DNA of 64,000 bases from Rebecca billardiae RCC1528 (GCA_965240325.2 OZ251234.1:1550001-1614000); one strand, 5' to 3'. Positions 50,064 through 62,862 are shown, numbered from the stretch's first letter. Made by a program: numbers and translations. Notes: generated by a model from the sequence alone, not told the origin.

Positions 50064-53009
50064 TTTCATGTTATAATAATTATTATTATAATTATATATA
50101 TATAATATACGGCTACTCAGAACTAGCCGCTGCCGGATCCGATCTTTATAGTTTATGCCCCCCCCCCCCCCCCCGAAACGCGAAAGCGAAAGGTCCGCGA
50201 TAAAGGCGATCTGCGACGAAACTCAGGCGGCTCATCAATTGGAAGAATTGGGGCGGCCGCCCAATGCGGCCTCGCCGAAGTGGTCGTAAATTTGGTCGTA
50301 ACACACACATTGCTATCGTAACACACACATTGCTATGGGCCTTGAGGCGCGGACCAATCGGCTTCGAGGCCAAGATTTCGTCAATCGTCGCAGATCGATT
50401 TATGAGCGTGAGCGAAAGGCCGGGGCGGGGGGTGGGGGGGGCACGTGCTCCGCAAAATCAAAAAGAGGATGCGCGCAGGATTTTGGGGATTTTGATTTTG
50501 TAGGCGGTGGATTTAGGACATTTAGGTGTGAAAAGCGCATTTGAGATGACCATATCACTGCCCTTGATTACGCGGTTTGATTGCGTTTCTACTAGCTATC
50601 CGATTCCCCTGCTCGTCGTATTAGTTTCTGTTACTGTTAGTACCATGGGTACTCATAGGACAATTCCCTCGTTGAATAGCAACAAATAATAGCCTTGGCC
50701 TTTACTTGGCCCAATGCGGGTGGCATTCGACACCTGGCTATCTGCGATGATTCACAGCTCTCTGAAAACGAGTGTGTCCTGGACAATTTGAATTGAAAGG
50801 GAAAGTCATGATTGCGTTTGTGACCCAAGATTCCCATGCCCATATTATTAAGCATAAATAGTCATATATATATATATATAGAGTTAGGACAATTCATCGG
50901 TGAACAGAAACAAGAAGCTTGCGGCTTCTTGATATCGAGATCCGATTCAAAGCCGATCAGCAGGCGTGGTCTCCAAGATAATCTTGTATCTTTGAAATCA
51001 CCTGTATGTAAATTACCAATCACTGCCCGCCTGACGGCGACGTTCACCGATGACTCACGAGGCAGCATCTGCAAGCATGGCGAAAGTACCAACTCTACCC
51101 GACGCCGAGTAGCCGAACACCTGCAGCTATGGGCAGTGGTTGAGGGCTCGCAGTCGTGGGGTGAGACTGAGAGTGGCCGCGCGGCGCGCGCGACTGGCTG
51201 GCCGTGCGGTGGGTGCTGCGAGCATTCAGGTGGGGGCGGCAGAGCTTCGCACGATGCTGACCCGCAGCTGCCGGAGCGTGCGCACCGTGTCTACCCGGCA
51301 ACTTGGCGGCCGCTCGCGCCTGAGCGCACAGCGCGCTCCAGCCGCGGAGCACCGTGTCGTCCGTGACTGCCACCGGGTCAGCACGGTTGAACGCGTGGTC
51401 GGCCCACAGGCTACTGGTGGGCGCGCAAGCGGTGCCTAGCTGTCATACTGCCTCGGTGACGTCGCGCACCACGCCTCCCGGCCCGCACCATCATTCGGTG
51501 CTCGCACCAGACTGGCTCGACAGGGGCCCCCGGGTGCGCACATGGGCCCCGGCGAGCCCGCGGCCGCGGCGAGGATCCGCGTTCGCGGGCGCTTGCGAGG
51601 GAATTTCGTGGGTCTGAACCGCTCGGGCGGGACAGTGCCACCTGTCCCGCGAGGCGCGCACCCGCAAATCGCGACACGACACCCCGACTGGCCGCCGCGC
51701 GGCGGCGGCGGGCTGGGCCGTACGGTTTTGCCTCCGCGCCAAAGCAGGCAGGCGGATCGGCGCGAGCAGGGCGGTCGGCCGGAGGAGCCGGGCCACCTGC
51801 GAGCTGAACGACGAGTTGGCTCCACCTCGGCTTCAGGCCGGTGGCCAGCTCGCGCTCGTGCGCCCAGCAGCCCGCCCCCGGGCGGCGGGGGTCGGCTCGG
51901 CGAGGGGAGCCCGCGTTTCCGCCTCCTACGGCGACCTAAGGCTAACTCCTACCCTGAGTACCCCCCCGCTGGCCGCTTGGTCCAGTCTAGATATCACTAC
52001 AGTCTCTAGAGACGGCCGTCTGACATCCGGACCTGCACCCTCGCCCTCGGTCGCTCGGGGCACAGCAGGTCCATGCGAGCCGCGCAGCGCAGATGGATCG
52101 CGCTCCAGCAGCTCAAGGCCGCGCTCAAGCCATTCGATCGCGGTTCAGATCAGGCTACAGGTCGATGAGGGCAGAATGAGACAGAGGGCACTTTGAGACA
52201 AGGCGGCGGCCCAGTGGCGGCCCAGTGGCGCCCACTGGGCGTGGTGCATGGCGCCCGCCTCGCACGCGCTACAGCGCCCGGTGAGGTGGACGCAAGTCTG
52301 TCGAGGCGCGTCACATGTGTGCCCAAGGTGCATGAGATCTAGGTGCATGCCTGGCACCTCCGCTCGTTTGCCGGCCGCTCCGCTGCCCATGCCTGGCCTG
52401 CACGCACCAAACGTAGCCGTGGAACGTGCCCCGCCACTGTGAGACGCTCGCGAACCGCGATGCACGGTGCCCTTCAGTGACGAGAGCAAGGTAGTCTACT
52501 ACTGCAAGGGGACGCCAACCTGACGGCTGGCCATGCCATGGGAGGTAGTAGGGACGTCAGACACGCGCCAAGAGCCCATGGGAAGCCTGCTCTCCCCAGT
52601 TGGTGAGCTCGTCGGGCGTGCGCACGCGGTTTGTCTCAAAGTGCCCTCCCCCCCCCCAAAGTGAGACAAACTTGATGGTGCTCGTGCTCCTCAACGGCAT
52701 GGAGTTAGCCCACGAGACTCGCAGCTTGAACTCTTCGTCTGATGCCCTCCACGACGACGTGCGCGAAGGGCGTGAGCGCCATCGTGGCGGAGCGCAAAAC
52801 ACGATCCGGGATCTTGTCTCATTCTGCCCTCACCCACCTGTATGCTTGCTGACCACCAGCGCCGACTTCGTGTCGAATCATAGAATGAGTCTGCAACTAG
52901 AGAGTGAGTTGCAGCCGCCGCTGCACGCCGGCAGCGGCAGCTTCACGACCACCTTCAGACGTTCGCTTGGTTCGTATACGGGTAGCGGTGCGGACAGCGC
53001 TGCAGCCTG

Positions 53010-53750
53010 CGTTGACAACTGCGCAGGGCACGCATCAAGCGCGCGCCCCTACTGTCTACTGAGCCTCGGACCGTGTAAGGCTGGTGGACGGGGCCCGTAA
53101 ATAAACAGCTGCAGGCGAGGCCCGGGGCGCAGATCCAGTAGAGCAGCACTGATCTGCGCACCGCCGTCGAGAGTTGCAGCAGCAGGGGCAGGCAGCCAGG
53201 TGACAACCGCGCAGGGCACGGCACGCATCAAGCGCGTGCTCCCACTGGCCTCGGGCTGTAGGGCTGGTGGACGGCCGTAAACACTTGCAGGCGACGCCCG
53301 GTGCGCAGATCCAGTCGAGCAACACTGATCTGCGCGCCGCCGCCGAGAGTTGCAGCAGCAGGGGCAGGCAGCCAGGTGCCAGCCGCGCAGGGCACGGCAC
53401 GCATCAAAACAATTACAGGCGAGGCCCGGTGCGCAGATCCAGTCGAGCAACGCCGTCGCAACACGGACCGGCGCGCCACTCCGTCCGGAGGAGAGATGTA
53501 GAGAGTTGCAACCGCCGGGGCAGGTGACAACCGCGCAGGACACGCGTCAAGCGTGCGCCTCCTGAGCACCGGGCATGAGAGCGGCCGTTATCAGTTGCAG
53601 GCGACGCCCGTCGTGCGGATCACTCGATCACTCGTCGAGCCGTCGGATCAATCGTCGAGCGTTACAGATTGGTCATCGGCCGCACGGTCGCGAGGTGCAG
53701 GCGAGGTGCAGGTGGAGGGCGGCGGCCGTCGACAGTTGCAGGCGACAGGG
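53010..53750. repeat. Degenerate ~180-190-bp tandem array
   Basis: Recurrent gcgcagatccagt.gagca.cactgatctgcgc and gagagttgcagcagcaggggcaggcagccaggtg blocks, 3-4 copies, decaying rightwards. Confidence 0.85.
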
Positions 53751-54124
53751 CGTGAGCATCCTGCTCACACATCACCCCGACGGTCCACACCCTCGGTCGC
53801 AGCCCCGCGGCGCCCGCGGTGGCATCTCGACCTCCCGTCACGGCGGTCAGCCTGGCCCGAGCGGGCCCCTCTTGACGAGCGAGTATCATCGCGGTTGCTG
53901 TTCAAATGAGCCGCCTATCTAACTTGAGTCGCGTCGACTGTAATCGATCGACGGACCCTGATTGGCCCTCCATGTTTCGTCGAGAAGAATTTTCCTTCGG
54001 ACGAACGGCAACTCGAGCGGAAAACATAATACATCGCGCAGCCATCACTCGACAAAAGCGTACTCCGAATCTTTTCTTTCGAGGCCACTACGTGCGAGGA
54101 CTGTCCCAACTGCAGGCACAGTGG

Positions 54125-54260
54125 GTAAAACTCGTCGAAACGATTGTTTGGCAAGTAAAACCCGGCGAACCGATGGTTTTTCGGAGTAACATCCGTCGAA
54201 CCGTTGGTTTAGCGAGTAAAACCAGCCGAACCGATGGTTTTTCATAGAGAAAACTCCGAA
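54125..54260. repeat. 30/31-bp degenerate tandem repeat (61-bp higher order)
   Basis: Units gtaa.a.....cgaa.cg.t.gttt start at 54125, 54155, 54186 and 54216. Confidence 0.8.
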
Positions 54261-54442
54261 TTGTGGGCATTTTCGTAACTAACGGGACATCTGTGCCGCG
54301 GATCCACTTTACACGATTAAGTAGAGTAGATAACCAAGCCGTTACACGGCACACTCCGCCTCCGCCACACTCCTTCGGCTGGTCCGGTCGACCGGTCCGG
54401 ACTTTGGTCGTCACTCACCGTGCGCACGATGGCACCACAGGA

Positions 54443-56008
54443 ATGAAAGGTGGGAGGCACCGCGGGCTGCTCGCAGCGCTCACCCTGGGCCTCGCCGCAG
54501 CAACATCCGTGGCACCACCGCCCGTGCGCGTGTTCGTGTATGCGCTGCCGCGCTCGTTCAACCTCGGCCTTCTCGCCGACGACATCCGCTCGGGCTGCAA
54601 CTTGCTGTGCGACAACGACTGCTCGTACTCGCAGTGGGCGGCCGAGGTGATGGTGCACGCGTGGTTGCTGCAGCACCCCGCACGCACGCTCGACCCCGAG
54701 GAGGCCGATCTGTTCTTTGTGCCGTACTACCCTGTGATAGACAAGCGCGTGTCGAGGCCTGGCTCGGCCATCTTGCGCCTCAATTCGATGGCGCACGAAA
54801 CGGTATTTGCAGCCGTCGCGTATCGGAGCTACGGTCTGTGGAAAAGCGTCACCAACCAGACAGATCGCTGGTGGCGCCGGCACGAAGGGCGAGATCACGT
54901 GCTCGTGCTCGCCAAGGCGCCGGCCCCCCAGTACCCGCTGGGCATGGTGACCGTGTTCCCGACTGCTGCCGGCACGAACAAGAGCCTCGGGATTGACACT
55001 TTCGATCGTCCGCCGCCGAGGCCGCGGTGGCTGCGGAAGCAGGGGCCGGTGGTGGCGCAGATGCTCGCCACCGAGCTGCCGCCCGACGCGGATACCAGCC
55101 GGCACATGGTGATCCCCTACCCTCAGCTCGGCGCGCACTGGGCAACGCTCGCTCGCCAGCCGCGGGCGCGGCCGCCGACGGGTGAGCCCAAGGAGTTTCT
55201 CGCGTTCTTCTACGGCTCAGAGCACGGCAGCTTTGGCAGGCATTACCGCCACGCGCTCCTTCGCAACCTGCAGGGGCACTGCGGCACCGCGTGCGTCGCC
55301 ATCGTGTTCCCGAAGCGGGCGGGTGTACCAAACGGCACCGTGCACGCGAGCACACCGTGGCGAGAGCTGATGGGTCGAAGCACTTTCTGTCCGGTCCCCG
55401 GCGGCGACTCTCGCAACTCGCGCCGGCTGTACGCGGCCGTGCTCGCAGGCTGCGTCCCCGTGCTCATCGGCGAGCCGCACGAGCACATCCTCCCGTTCGA
55501 ATGGGCGCTGGCACGGGACAGGTGGACACTCACTGTCTCGCTGGCGCGGCTGAAGCGCAATGGGTTGATCCCAGACCTGCGCGCCGTGACGCCGAGACGG
55601 CTGCGACTGCTGCGCGCGGGCGTGGAGCGCGCGCGCGCGCTCACGTGGTGGGAGTGGCCCTACGCTCTCGGCGCGAGCAGCGAGCGCTTCCCGCGCGAGC
55701 TGGAGCGCCTCTCGACCCAAATGGAGCAACTCGCACACGCGCTCCCCGCGCGCCGTGCCGGACAAGCGCATGCTGGCCCGGAGGCGGCAGCAGGGCGGCG
55801 AGTGGGTCCGAGCAGCGCAGCGCACGAGAACGCCGAGGCTGCGACCGGGGCTGAGGGCCGGCTGCAGACGGCCAAAGCATCGGGGCGCAGCCGCTTCATA
55901 AGCGAGCATCCACCATCACGCGCATCGCTGGCTGGTGGCCGCTTCGGCGGTGCGTTCGACGCGCTCTGGAAGGAGCTCGAGCGGCGAGCGCTCGCCGCCC
56001 GCAACTGA
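54443..56008 (+). CDS. Exostosin-family glycosyltransferase (GT47)
   Basis: Signal/anchor sequence, VFVYALP, RTLDPEEADLFFVPYY, GRDHVLV, STFCPVPGGDS...RRLYAAVLAGCVPV, LPF. Confidence 0.92.
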   Translation: MKGGRHRGLLAALTLGLAAATSVAPPPVRVFVYALPRSFNLGLLADDIRSGCNLLCDNDCSYSQWAAEVMVHAWLLQHPARTLDPEEADLFFVPYYPVIDKRVSRPGSAILRLNSMAHETVFAAVAYRSYGLWKSVTNQTDRWWRRHEGRDHVLVLAKAPAPQYPLGMVTVFPTAAGTNKSLGIDTFDRPPPRPRWLRKQGPVVAQMLATELPPDADTSRHMVIPYPQLGAHWATLARQPRARPPTGEPKEFLAFFYGSEHGSFGRHYRHALLRNLQGHCGTACVAIVFPKRAGVPNGTVHASTPWRELMGRSTFCPVPGGDSRNSRRLYAAVLAGCVPVLIGEPHEHILPFEWALARDRWTLTVSLARLKRNGLIPDLRAVTPRRLRLLRAGVERARALTWWEWPYALGASSERFPRELERLSTQMEQLAHALPARRAGQAHAGPEAAAGRRVGPSSAAHENAEAATGAEGRLQTAKASGRSRFISEHPPSRASLAGGRFGGAFDALWKELERRALAARN

Positions 56009-56237
56009 GCTTATTCTCATCGCGTTGGAGTCGGACTGAGTTGCCGAGGAGGAACAGACTGAAATCATCACATGTATAGCTACGTACTTATGTGATATGA
56101 GCAGAGTAGTGAGACTCAACGGTGAGAGGACGCCCAATCAGGCCTCACGCAGTGATATGCCAAGGACTATATATGCTTTTTGCATCAGAGAGTATTCATC
56201 GTGAGCGTGGTCAACCTCTCAATTCAAACGACGACTG

Positions 56238-57851
56238 TCAAAGCTGGCTGATGTCCGCCATGAACTGGCGCAGCACAGCCTCCTTGCTCTGCTGCTGCTG
56301 CTGCGGCGGCGGCGGCGGCGGCTGCTGCTGCGACGCGGAAGGTGCCACGCCCACGTCCGCGGACCGAGCCAAGCCCGCGCTGGCTGCATTCCGAGGCTGC
56401 GCATCGGACTGCGGTGGGTGCGGCTCTGGCCCGGGCTGTGCCCTCACTGCCCCGGCCCCGTGGGGGGGCGCAGCGCCTGCGCCGCCTGCAGCCAAATCCC
56501 CCATCGCTGGAGGCGTCGCCAAGCGCTGGCGCCGCTCGAAATCGACGCCTGGCTCGCAGCCGGATCCGTCCGAGCCGTCCCAGAAGGCCGCGCGCAGCTG
56601 CCGCTCCGCAAAGAAGCGCCCATCCATCAGATCAATGCACTCGGCAGCACCGAGCAGCTCAGCGAAACGCACGGTCACGCTGCCAAACGCCGGCGCGCGC
56701 TCGGCACCCTCGCGCGCGGCGTGCACGGTCACGCGCTCGACCTCGCCGCAGCGGCTGCACTCGCCCCACACGTCGTCCGCCATGGTGCCCGCCAGCACCT
56801 CGGCGCCGCCCGCCGCCTCCACGTCATCCTCCCCGAACATGTTGCTGATCACGACGGTGCGTGCGACGAGGGAGCCCAGGTCCTCAGCCGCAGCGCACCC
56901 TCCGCTACTCGCGGGCGGCGGCCCGGGCGGCGGCCCGGGCGGCGGTCCGGGCGGCGGTCCGGGCGGTGGTCCGGGGGGAATGCGGCCGCCGAGGGCACCA
57001 GCGCCATCCGCCGTGCCGCGCGCCGCCGCCGTGTCGGCGCCCCCGCCCTTGTGCTCGAAGGAAGCCATGCTGATCGCAAGCGGGGCGGCGGGCGCGCTCG
57101 GGCGCTGCAGGGGCCGGCCATCGAGCAGGCGGACGGCGGCGGCGGCGCCCGCGGCCTTGAGGTACGTGATGAGCGCGTCCCCCTTGGGCTCCCCGCGCTC
57201 ATCCCGGTACAGCCTGGCGCGCAGCAGCGGCGCCACGCGCGAAAAGTGAGACTCGAGCTCCGACTCCGAAGCGTCCGCGGGCAGTCCGGCGACGTACACG
57301 CTCGCGTCGGCCGCCGGGTCGCACAGTGCCTGTGGCTGCGGCGCGACGTGCCGACGCTTTGCACGGTGGAGCATCGAAGCCCCGAGCCGATGCTGATCCG
57401 CGCCTGCGGCCGTCGCCTCGCGCGGCGTCTCAGCCGCAGTCGCCGCAGCTACGCCAGCGCACGGTGACGCGTACTTGCACGCGACGTACTCGGCGTTGCG
57501 TGCGTCGGCTGCGCGCTTCCGCGCTGCGTCTGCAGCGAGTACACGGTCCAGCACCGAGGGAGCGGGTGCCGCGGGCCAGGGTGCCACAGGTGCCGCGGCA
57601 AAGACGAACGGCGGCGGTGCCGCTGGATGCAAGGCGAACGGTGGCGGTGCCGGTGGATGCAGCGACTGGTGCGGCGGCGGTGGCACCGGTGGCGGCGGGG
57701 GAGCCAACGGCGGTGGTGGCGCGCTCGGGGGCGCAGGTACCGGCGGTGGCGGCTGAGCTGGGACGCCAGCGTCGAGCACGCCGGCAGTCAGCTGAGACCA
57801 CAGCGCGTGGGCCCCGCTGAACGTGGGGCGATAGTCGTCCCCGGCCTCCAT
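56238..57851 (-). CDS. Tat-SF1/HTATSF1/Cus2-like splicing factor (RRM + UHM)
   Basis: RRM SVYVAGLP...LYRDERGEPKGDALITY and UHM TVVISNMF...ECSRCGEV...MDGRFFAERQLRAAFWDG. Alternative ATG at 57881. Confidence 0.85.
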   Translation of the reverse strand: MEAGDDYRPTFSGAHALWSQLTAGVLDAGVPAQPPPPVPAPPSAPPPPLAPPPPPVPPPPHQSLHPPAPPPFALHPAAPPPFVFAAAPVAPWPAAPAPSVLDRVLAADAARKRAADARNAEYVACKYASPCAGVAAATAAETPREATAAGADQHRLGASMLHRAKRRHVAPQPQALCDPAADASVYVAGLPADASESELESHFSRVAPLLRARLYRDERGEPKGDALITYLKAAGAAAAVRLLDGRPLQRPSAPAAPLAISMASFEHKGGGADTAAARGTADGAGALGGRIPPGPPPGPPPGPPPGPPPGPPPASSGGCAAAEDLGSLVARTVVISNMFGEDDVEAAGGAEVLAGTMADDVWGECSRCGEVERVTVHAAREGAERAPAFGSVTVRFAELLGAAECIDLMDGRFFAERQLRAAFWDGSDGSGCEPGVDFERRQRLATPPAMGDLAAGGAGAAPPHGAGAVRAQPGPEPHPPQSDAQPRNAASAGLARSADVGVAPSASQQQPPPPPPQQQQQSKEAVLRQFMADISQL

Positions 57852-57994
57852 GCTGAGCTGCACGCCTTGCTCGGTGTCCATTCCAGCACCCCCTCACGGT
57901 TGGTTCCCGTGCGCGCCCGCCCGCCATTCATTCCCCTGGTCTACCGGTCCGCCAGCTCCACCTGCCTGCCCTCCATCGGGCGGCCCGTGGCGAC

Positions 57995-59849
57995 ATGGAT
58001 CCGCCGGGCGATGATGAGAACGGCCCGCCGGCCAACCGGCGTCGCTCGCTTCTCACCATGTACTCCACGACCGTGATCGATCCGACACAGTCAGATGCCG
58101 AGGCCATCCGCCGCCGCCTGTCGAGGGCGCACGAGGCGGGCCGGCAGTTCAAGCAGCGCGTGAGGATGCCGATGTTTCTCATCGGTGGCGGGCTGCTCGT
58201 GCTGAGCCTTGCGCTGGCCATCTCCCTCTACGCCAGCGTCAGGTACCTCCGCTACTTCCCCGCGTGCATGCTCGGCGTCGGCCCGGGCCTCGTGATGCTG
58301 CTCACGAGCCTGCTGCCCACCGACAGACGGCTGGTCCGGTTCGCCCTCTACCAGGCCGTCTTCATCTGCGTGCTGCTCGTGGCGTTCATCGGCTCGATCG
58401 TCGCCATCGACATCATCTACCTCCTCGAGCGTCGGATCGACAGGTACACGTGCCGGCTCCCCGGCCTCGGCCCAATCCCGTGCTGGTTTGCGTATGTGAA
58501 CCTGGTGGGCAAGCTGCTGCTGGTGCTCATCAGCGTCACCGGCGGTGTGGTGAGCGCCGTGATGCTCTCGCGCCGCATGCCCACGCGCAAGAGGCTCGAC
58601 CGGCTGTGGAGCGTCTCCGGCGTGATGGTCGCCTCCATCGGCGTGACTCTGCTCGCGATGAGCGCGTGTGGCCTCGCAGCGGGCGTGTTCGCAGCCCTGC
58701 TCAACAGGGGGCGTGGCGGACGAGGCGCGTGGGGCGAGGCGACGGTGATCTGGGTGACTGTGGCGGCGATGGGCGTGGAGTGCACGCTGCTCGGCCTCTG
58801 GGTCTCGCACGGCGAGGCGCGCATGCGCGCACAGGCGTGGCTCGCGTCGCGTGGCGAGGAAGTGGCGGCCGCGGCGGGCATTGCGGCGATGCTGGGCTCG
58901 CAGCCGCCGTCCGAGGTGCACCGCATCGCGCAGCAGCGCTTCCGAGCGGTCAGCCTCGAGCTCGTGCGCTTCGAGCACCTCGAGTCGCCCGAGCCCAACC
59001 CTGGGCTGTACAAGCTCGCGCGCCCCGCCGACTTCTCGCACGTCGATGCGTTCATCTCACACTCGGTGCTCGGCCGCGCGCGCGCCGCTCGCGAGCGAGC
59101 AGCGGTCGTGGCGCCGACCGGCCGCGCACGCGACTCATGCCCCCGCCCCGCGCGATGGCCCGCGCGACGGCGTCCCCGCGCGCCGTGCGCCGCAGTGGTC
59201 GGACCCCCCCGCGCTCAAGTGGGCCGAGCTGCAGCGCTGGCGCCGGCAGTTCAAGTATGAGCACGCGCGCGAGCCGACCGTCTGGATCGACCGGATTTGC
59301 CTCGACCAGCTCAACATCGAGGAGAACCTGCTCTGTCTCCCCGTGTACCTTGCGGCGTGCAACGAGCTGCTGGTGCTGTGCGGCAAGACGTACCTGTCCC
59401 GGCTGTGGTGTGTGGTCGAGGTGTTCACCTTCATCGAGATGACCGGCGGCGAGTCGCGGCCGATCACGCTGCGCCCCTTCGGGAGCGGACCGAACGATGA
59501 CCGCGCCCACGACGAGACGCGCTGGCGGGAGCAGTGCGCCAGCTTTGACGCGCGCAACGCCACCTGCCTCCTGCCGCGCGACCGGGAGAAGCTGCTCGCA
59601 ACGATCGAGCTCGGCTTTGGCGGCTTCGACCGCTTCAACAGCGAGATGCGCCGGCTGCTGCTCAGCGTCACGGACGGGTTCCAGGCGTCGGGGCCAGGCT
59701 CGTTCAAGCAGCTGCCAGCGTCGCAGCGTGAGGGTGGCGTTACCATCAATGGCGACTCGACGCGTCGAAGAGGGAGCCTGAGCATCGGCCTCGGCCTCGG
59801 GTGGCCGTGGGCAGCTGCCATCAGTGACAACAGCAGCAGCCGAGTGTAA
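57995..59849 (+). CDS. About 6-TM membrane protein with a C-terminal TIR-like domain; intron 59066-59195
   Basis: Six hydrophobic helices. The spliced product reads DAFISHS|WSD...VWIDRICLDQ...LLVLCGKTYLSRLWCVVEVF. Confidence 0.85.
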
Positions 59850-60023
59850 CTACATCAGTTCAGTCAGCATCGATGCGCCATAGTAGCAGGCAGAAAAACT
59901 GCGCGCTGGCGCCGTAGTTCCAGCACTAAATACTAAAATAGGGGTCCGCCGTTCCACACTCGGGTAGTACCTGTACATTCACAGTACAGTGCTGTGACCT
60001 GTGTCTGATGCATAAAGCATATG

Positions 60024-60051
60024 ATATATATATATATATATATATATATAT
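60024..60051. repeat. (TA)n microsatellite
   Basis: Directly visible in the convergent spacer. Confidence 0.95.
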
Positions 60052-60148
60052 GACTGACTCAATCGTCTCATCTGTCATCAGACTCAGTCATCACGGCCAC
60101 GGGCACGGCCGGACGGGCCGGACGCTGCGCTGACCGAGTGTATATTCT

Positions 60149-62418
60149 TCAGCGACCGACGAGCAGGATGAGCTGGTTGCAGAACTCGTCCGTGCCCGCT
60201 GGGAGGAGTGCATCGACAAAGACGGCCGTGCCGAGCGCGAAGGCGCCCTCGATCAGCGCCGCGCCCCAGTTGAGGTCCCGCTCGATCTCGATGTCGAGCG
60301 ACTGCATCGGCAGCAGCGCCTTGTCGACAAAGAGCCGCAGCAGCAGCAGCAGCAGCATGGACACGCCCGCCTGGATGGCAAACACCGCGAGGCTGTTCGT
60401 CTTGTAGATCGGGCTCGAGAGCATGTAGCCGAGCGCGATCTGGGAGAGGCAGTGCCCAAGCGCCGCGGCCACGTTCTTCTGCCGGAAGAGCTCAATGTCG
60501 TTGTACTTGGTCACCGCCTGGTAGCACAGCGAGAAGAGAAGGAAGAGCAGCTGAGAAGCCAAGTAGAAGATCAGGAAGCCCACCACGCCGCCGGCGAGCG
60601 ACGGCGCGTCGCCCGAGACGGTCGATTTGATGATGAGCCCGGCGCCGATCGAGTGGCCGAAGTCGACGAGCGCGACCGCCATGTTGTCCTTGCGCAGCTC
60701 CTCGGCGTTGGGCAGCGTGCGCAGCAGCAGCTTGTTCGCCGAGAGCTGCGAGAAGACGAGCGCGGCGCTGCCGAGCGCGCCCCAGATCAGCACGTTGAGG
60801 AGCTGCAGCCCGATCTCCGTCGAGACGCAGTCGAGCAGCCCGGCGAAGATGAGCGAGTGCGCGATGCAGTACCCCGCGTAGCTCACCGCGACCGCCGGCG
60901 TCTCGATCGGCTCGAGCCCGACGGGCCTGCCCGCACGCCAGTCGAGCAGCATGTACTCGACAGAGAAGGTGACGCGCGCGCTGAAGATGAAGCCGACGAG
61001 CAGGCAGCTGAAGAGGATGAGCTGCACGAAGCCCGCCGCGGTGAGCGAGACGGAGAATACGGCGTCGGCCATCTCGGCGAACCCGGTCGAGACGCTCGTG
61101 GCCACCGGCGCGTACACCTCGCGGAACTGCGCGGCGACAAACTGCGCGGACGCGAGCACGCACGCCACCTCGAGCACGACCGCGCCGAGGATGCGCGTCG
61201 AGCGCGCGAAGTTGAGCCGCGCGGTGCGGTACACCGCCGTGTCGATCGCCACCACGACCAGCCCGTGCGCGAGCGACGCGTACGCCGCCCACGTCACGAT
61301 GGCGCTGAGCGCGGCCGTGAACGTGGACGGCGCGGAGACGACGAAGGCCGACGAGATCACGTCAGCCGAGAGCACGAGCCCGGCGTGCATGTCGTTGGTC
61401 TCCACCGCCGCCTTGGTGGTCATCTGCCGGCGGACGTTCGTGAACGTGTACGTGAGCGTCGGCATCGCGCGCGCGACCGCCAGCTGCGACGTGTCCGCCG
61501 GCACGCCCTCGTAGAGCCGCGACACGACCGACGCGGACGCGGCGATTGGCTGGCCGTCGGCGCGCGCCATCTTCGCCTCGCGCTTCTCGATGGCGTCGCC
61601 GATCACGTTGCAGCCGAGCTGGCGCACCAGCGTGAGCAGCATGAGCACCACGCGCAGCACCAGCCACAGCACCAGCACCTTGGCCACCTCCACGCCCAGA
61701 CCATCCGAGATCGGCCCGAGCAGCACCGAGCGGATCATGATGGCCGAGCCAATGAACGAGGACGCGTCCAGACTCGCGCTCGCCATGTTGCCCTGCGGGG
61801 ACGGGCACGGCGTGGGAGGCGCGAGCGTGAGCGGCGCGCGCCGCGGCTCGCCGGCTGCGCGCGCGCGCACCCGCCGTCGCACGGCCGGCCGGCCGGCCGG
61901 CCGGCCGGCCGTGCGGGCCAGCGGACGCGCGCGTGTGCTGCGGTGCGCACCTGGTAGATCATCATGTCATTCGCACTGCGGAAGGAGGACGAGAGCGTCG
62001 ACGCGTTGATCAGCTTGGCGAGGAGGACGACGGCCACGCCAAGGCCGACGAAGGTCAGCCCTGAGCCCACCGCCTGCCCGAGTGTGAGCACGTTCAGCTG
62101 GTCGAACGCGCCGCTCATCACGACGCACACACCGAACGCAAAGCTTGCAAACGAGACCGCGACTGCCTTGTTGTCCTCCTCGACCAGGAGCGCGTCGAGG
62201 CTCTTGAGCGGCTTGCCGGCGAAGTCGGGAGTGCGCAGCTGGTAAAGGATCACCAGATGGAGCGAGTACAGGTACTTGCACAGCACGAGCACAATGATGA
62301 AGATGCCAAGGAAGATGAGATTGTTCAGACGGAAGACCGTCTGCTCCAACGGCGGCACGCCCCGAAGCTCCTCCAGCCACGCCTGCCAGTCGTGGGCCTC
62401 GCCCGCGATGTTACTCAT
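60149..62418 (-). CDS. Polytopic membrane protein with tandem DUF350 (UPF0719/YjfL-like) units; intron 61793-61950
   Basis: Repeated motif EEDNKAVAV, QGNMASAS, KDNMAVAL, QKNVAAAL, RDLNWGAAL between TM pairs. A GT-AG intron joins the two ORFs. Confidence 0.8.
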
Positions 62419-62862
62419 CTCCCGATCCGCGCTGGCCTCGGGCACCACCTGGCGTCGCCCTCGCTGAGCTCCCAGATGGGCCCCTGCACGCAAACAGGCG
62501 GGTGGGGTTTGCTCCCAAGAGCAGGCAGCGCACTCGTCATCAGCCGTGAGCCGGCTGCTTGCCGGACGGCTGCAGCTCAATCTTGAGCTGCTGCAGCTGA
62601 TGACGAATGAACACCGCCCTTGAATGAACGAACGAGTGATTTGAGATTGTTCGTCAGCTCCCCTGATTGTACACTTTGTATGCACAGTATCGTCATTCGT
62701 CAAGCGAATGACCACCGGACGTGAGGACGTCGTCACTCGTAACTCTGAGTCTCACTGCCCACGGAATCAATAGTCTCTGTGTCCGTCGTCTCAGAGCGGG
62801 CTGACTCGCGTGAAGCGACTCCAGAATAAGACGCCCATGGCGCGGTATCGCGCTGATCCCCG

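Noticed and set aside
53049-53569. Degenerate LRR gene in the minus-strand repeat array
   Set aside because: No frame maintains an LxxLxL pattern, and the unit lengths are irregular.
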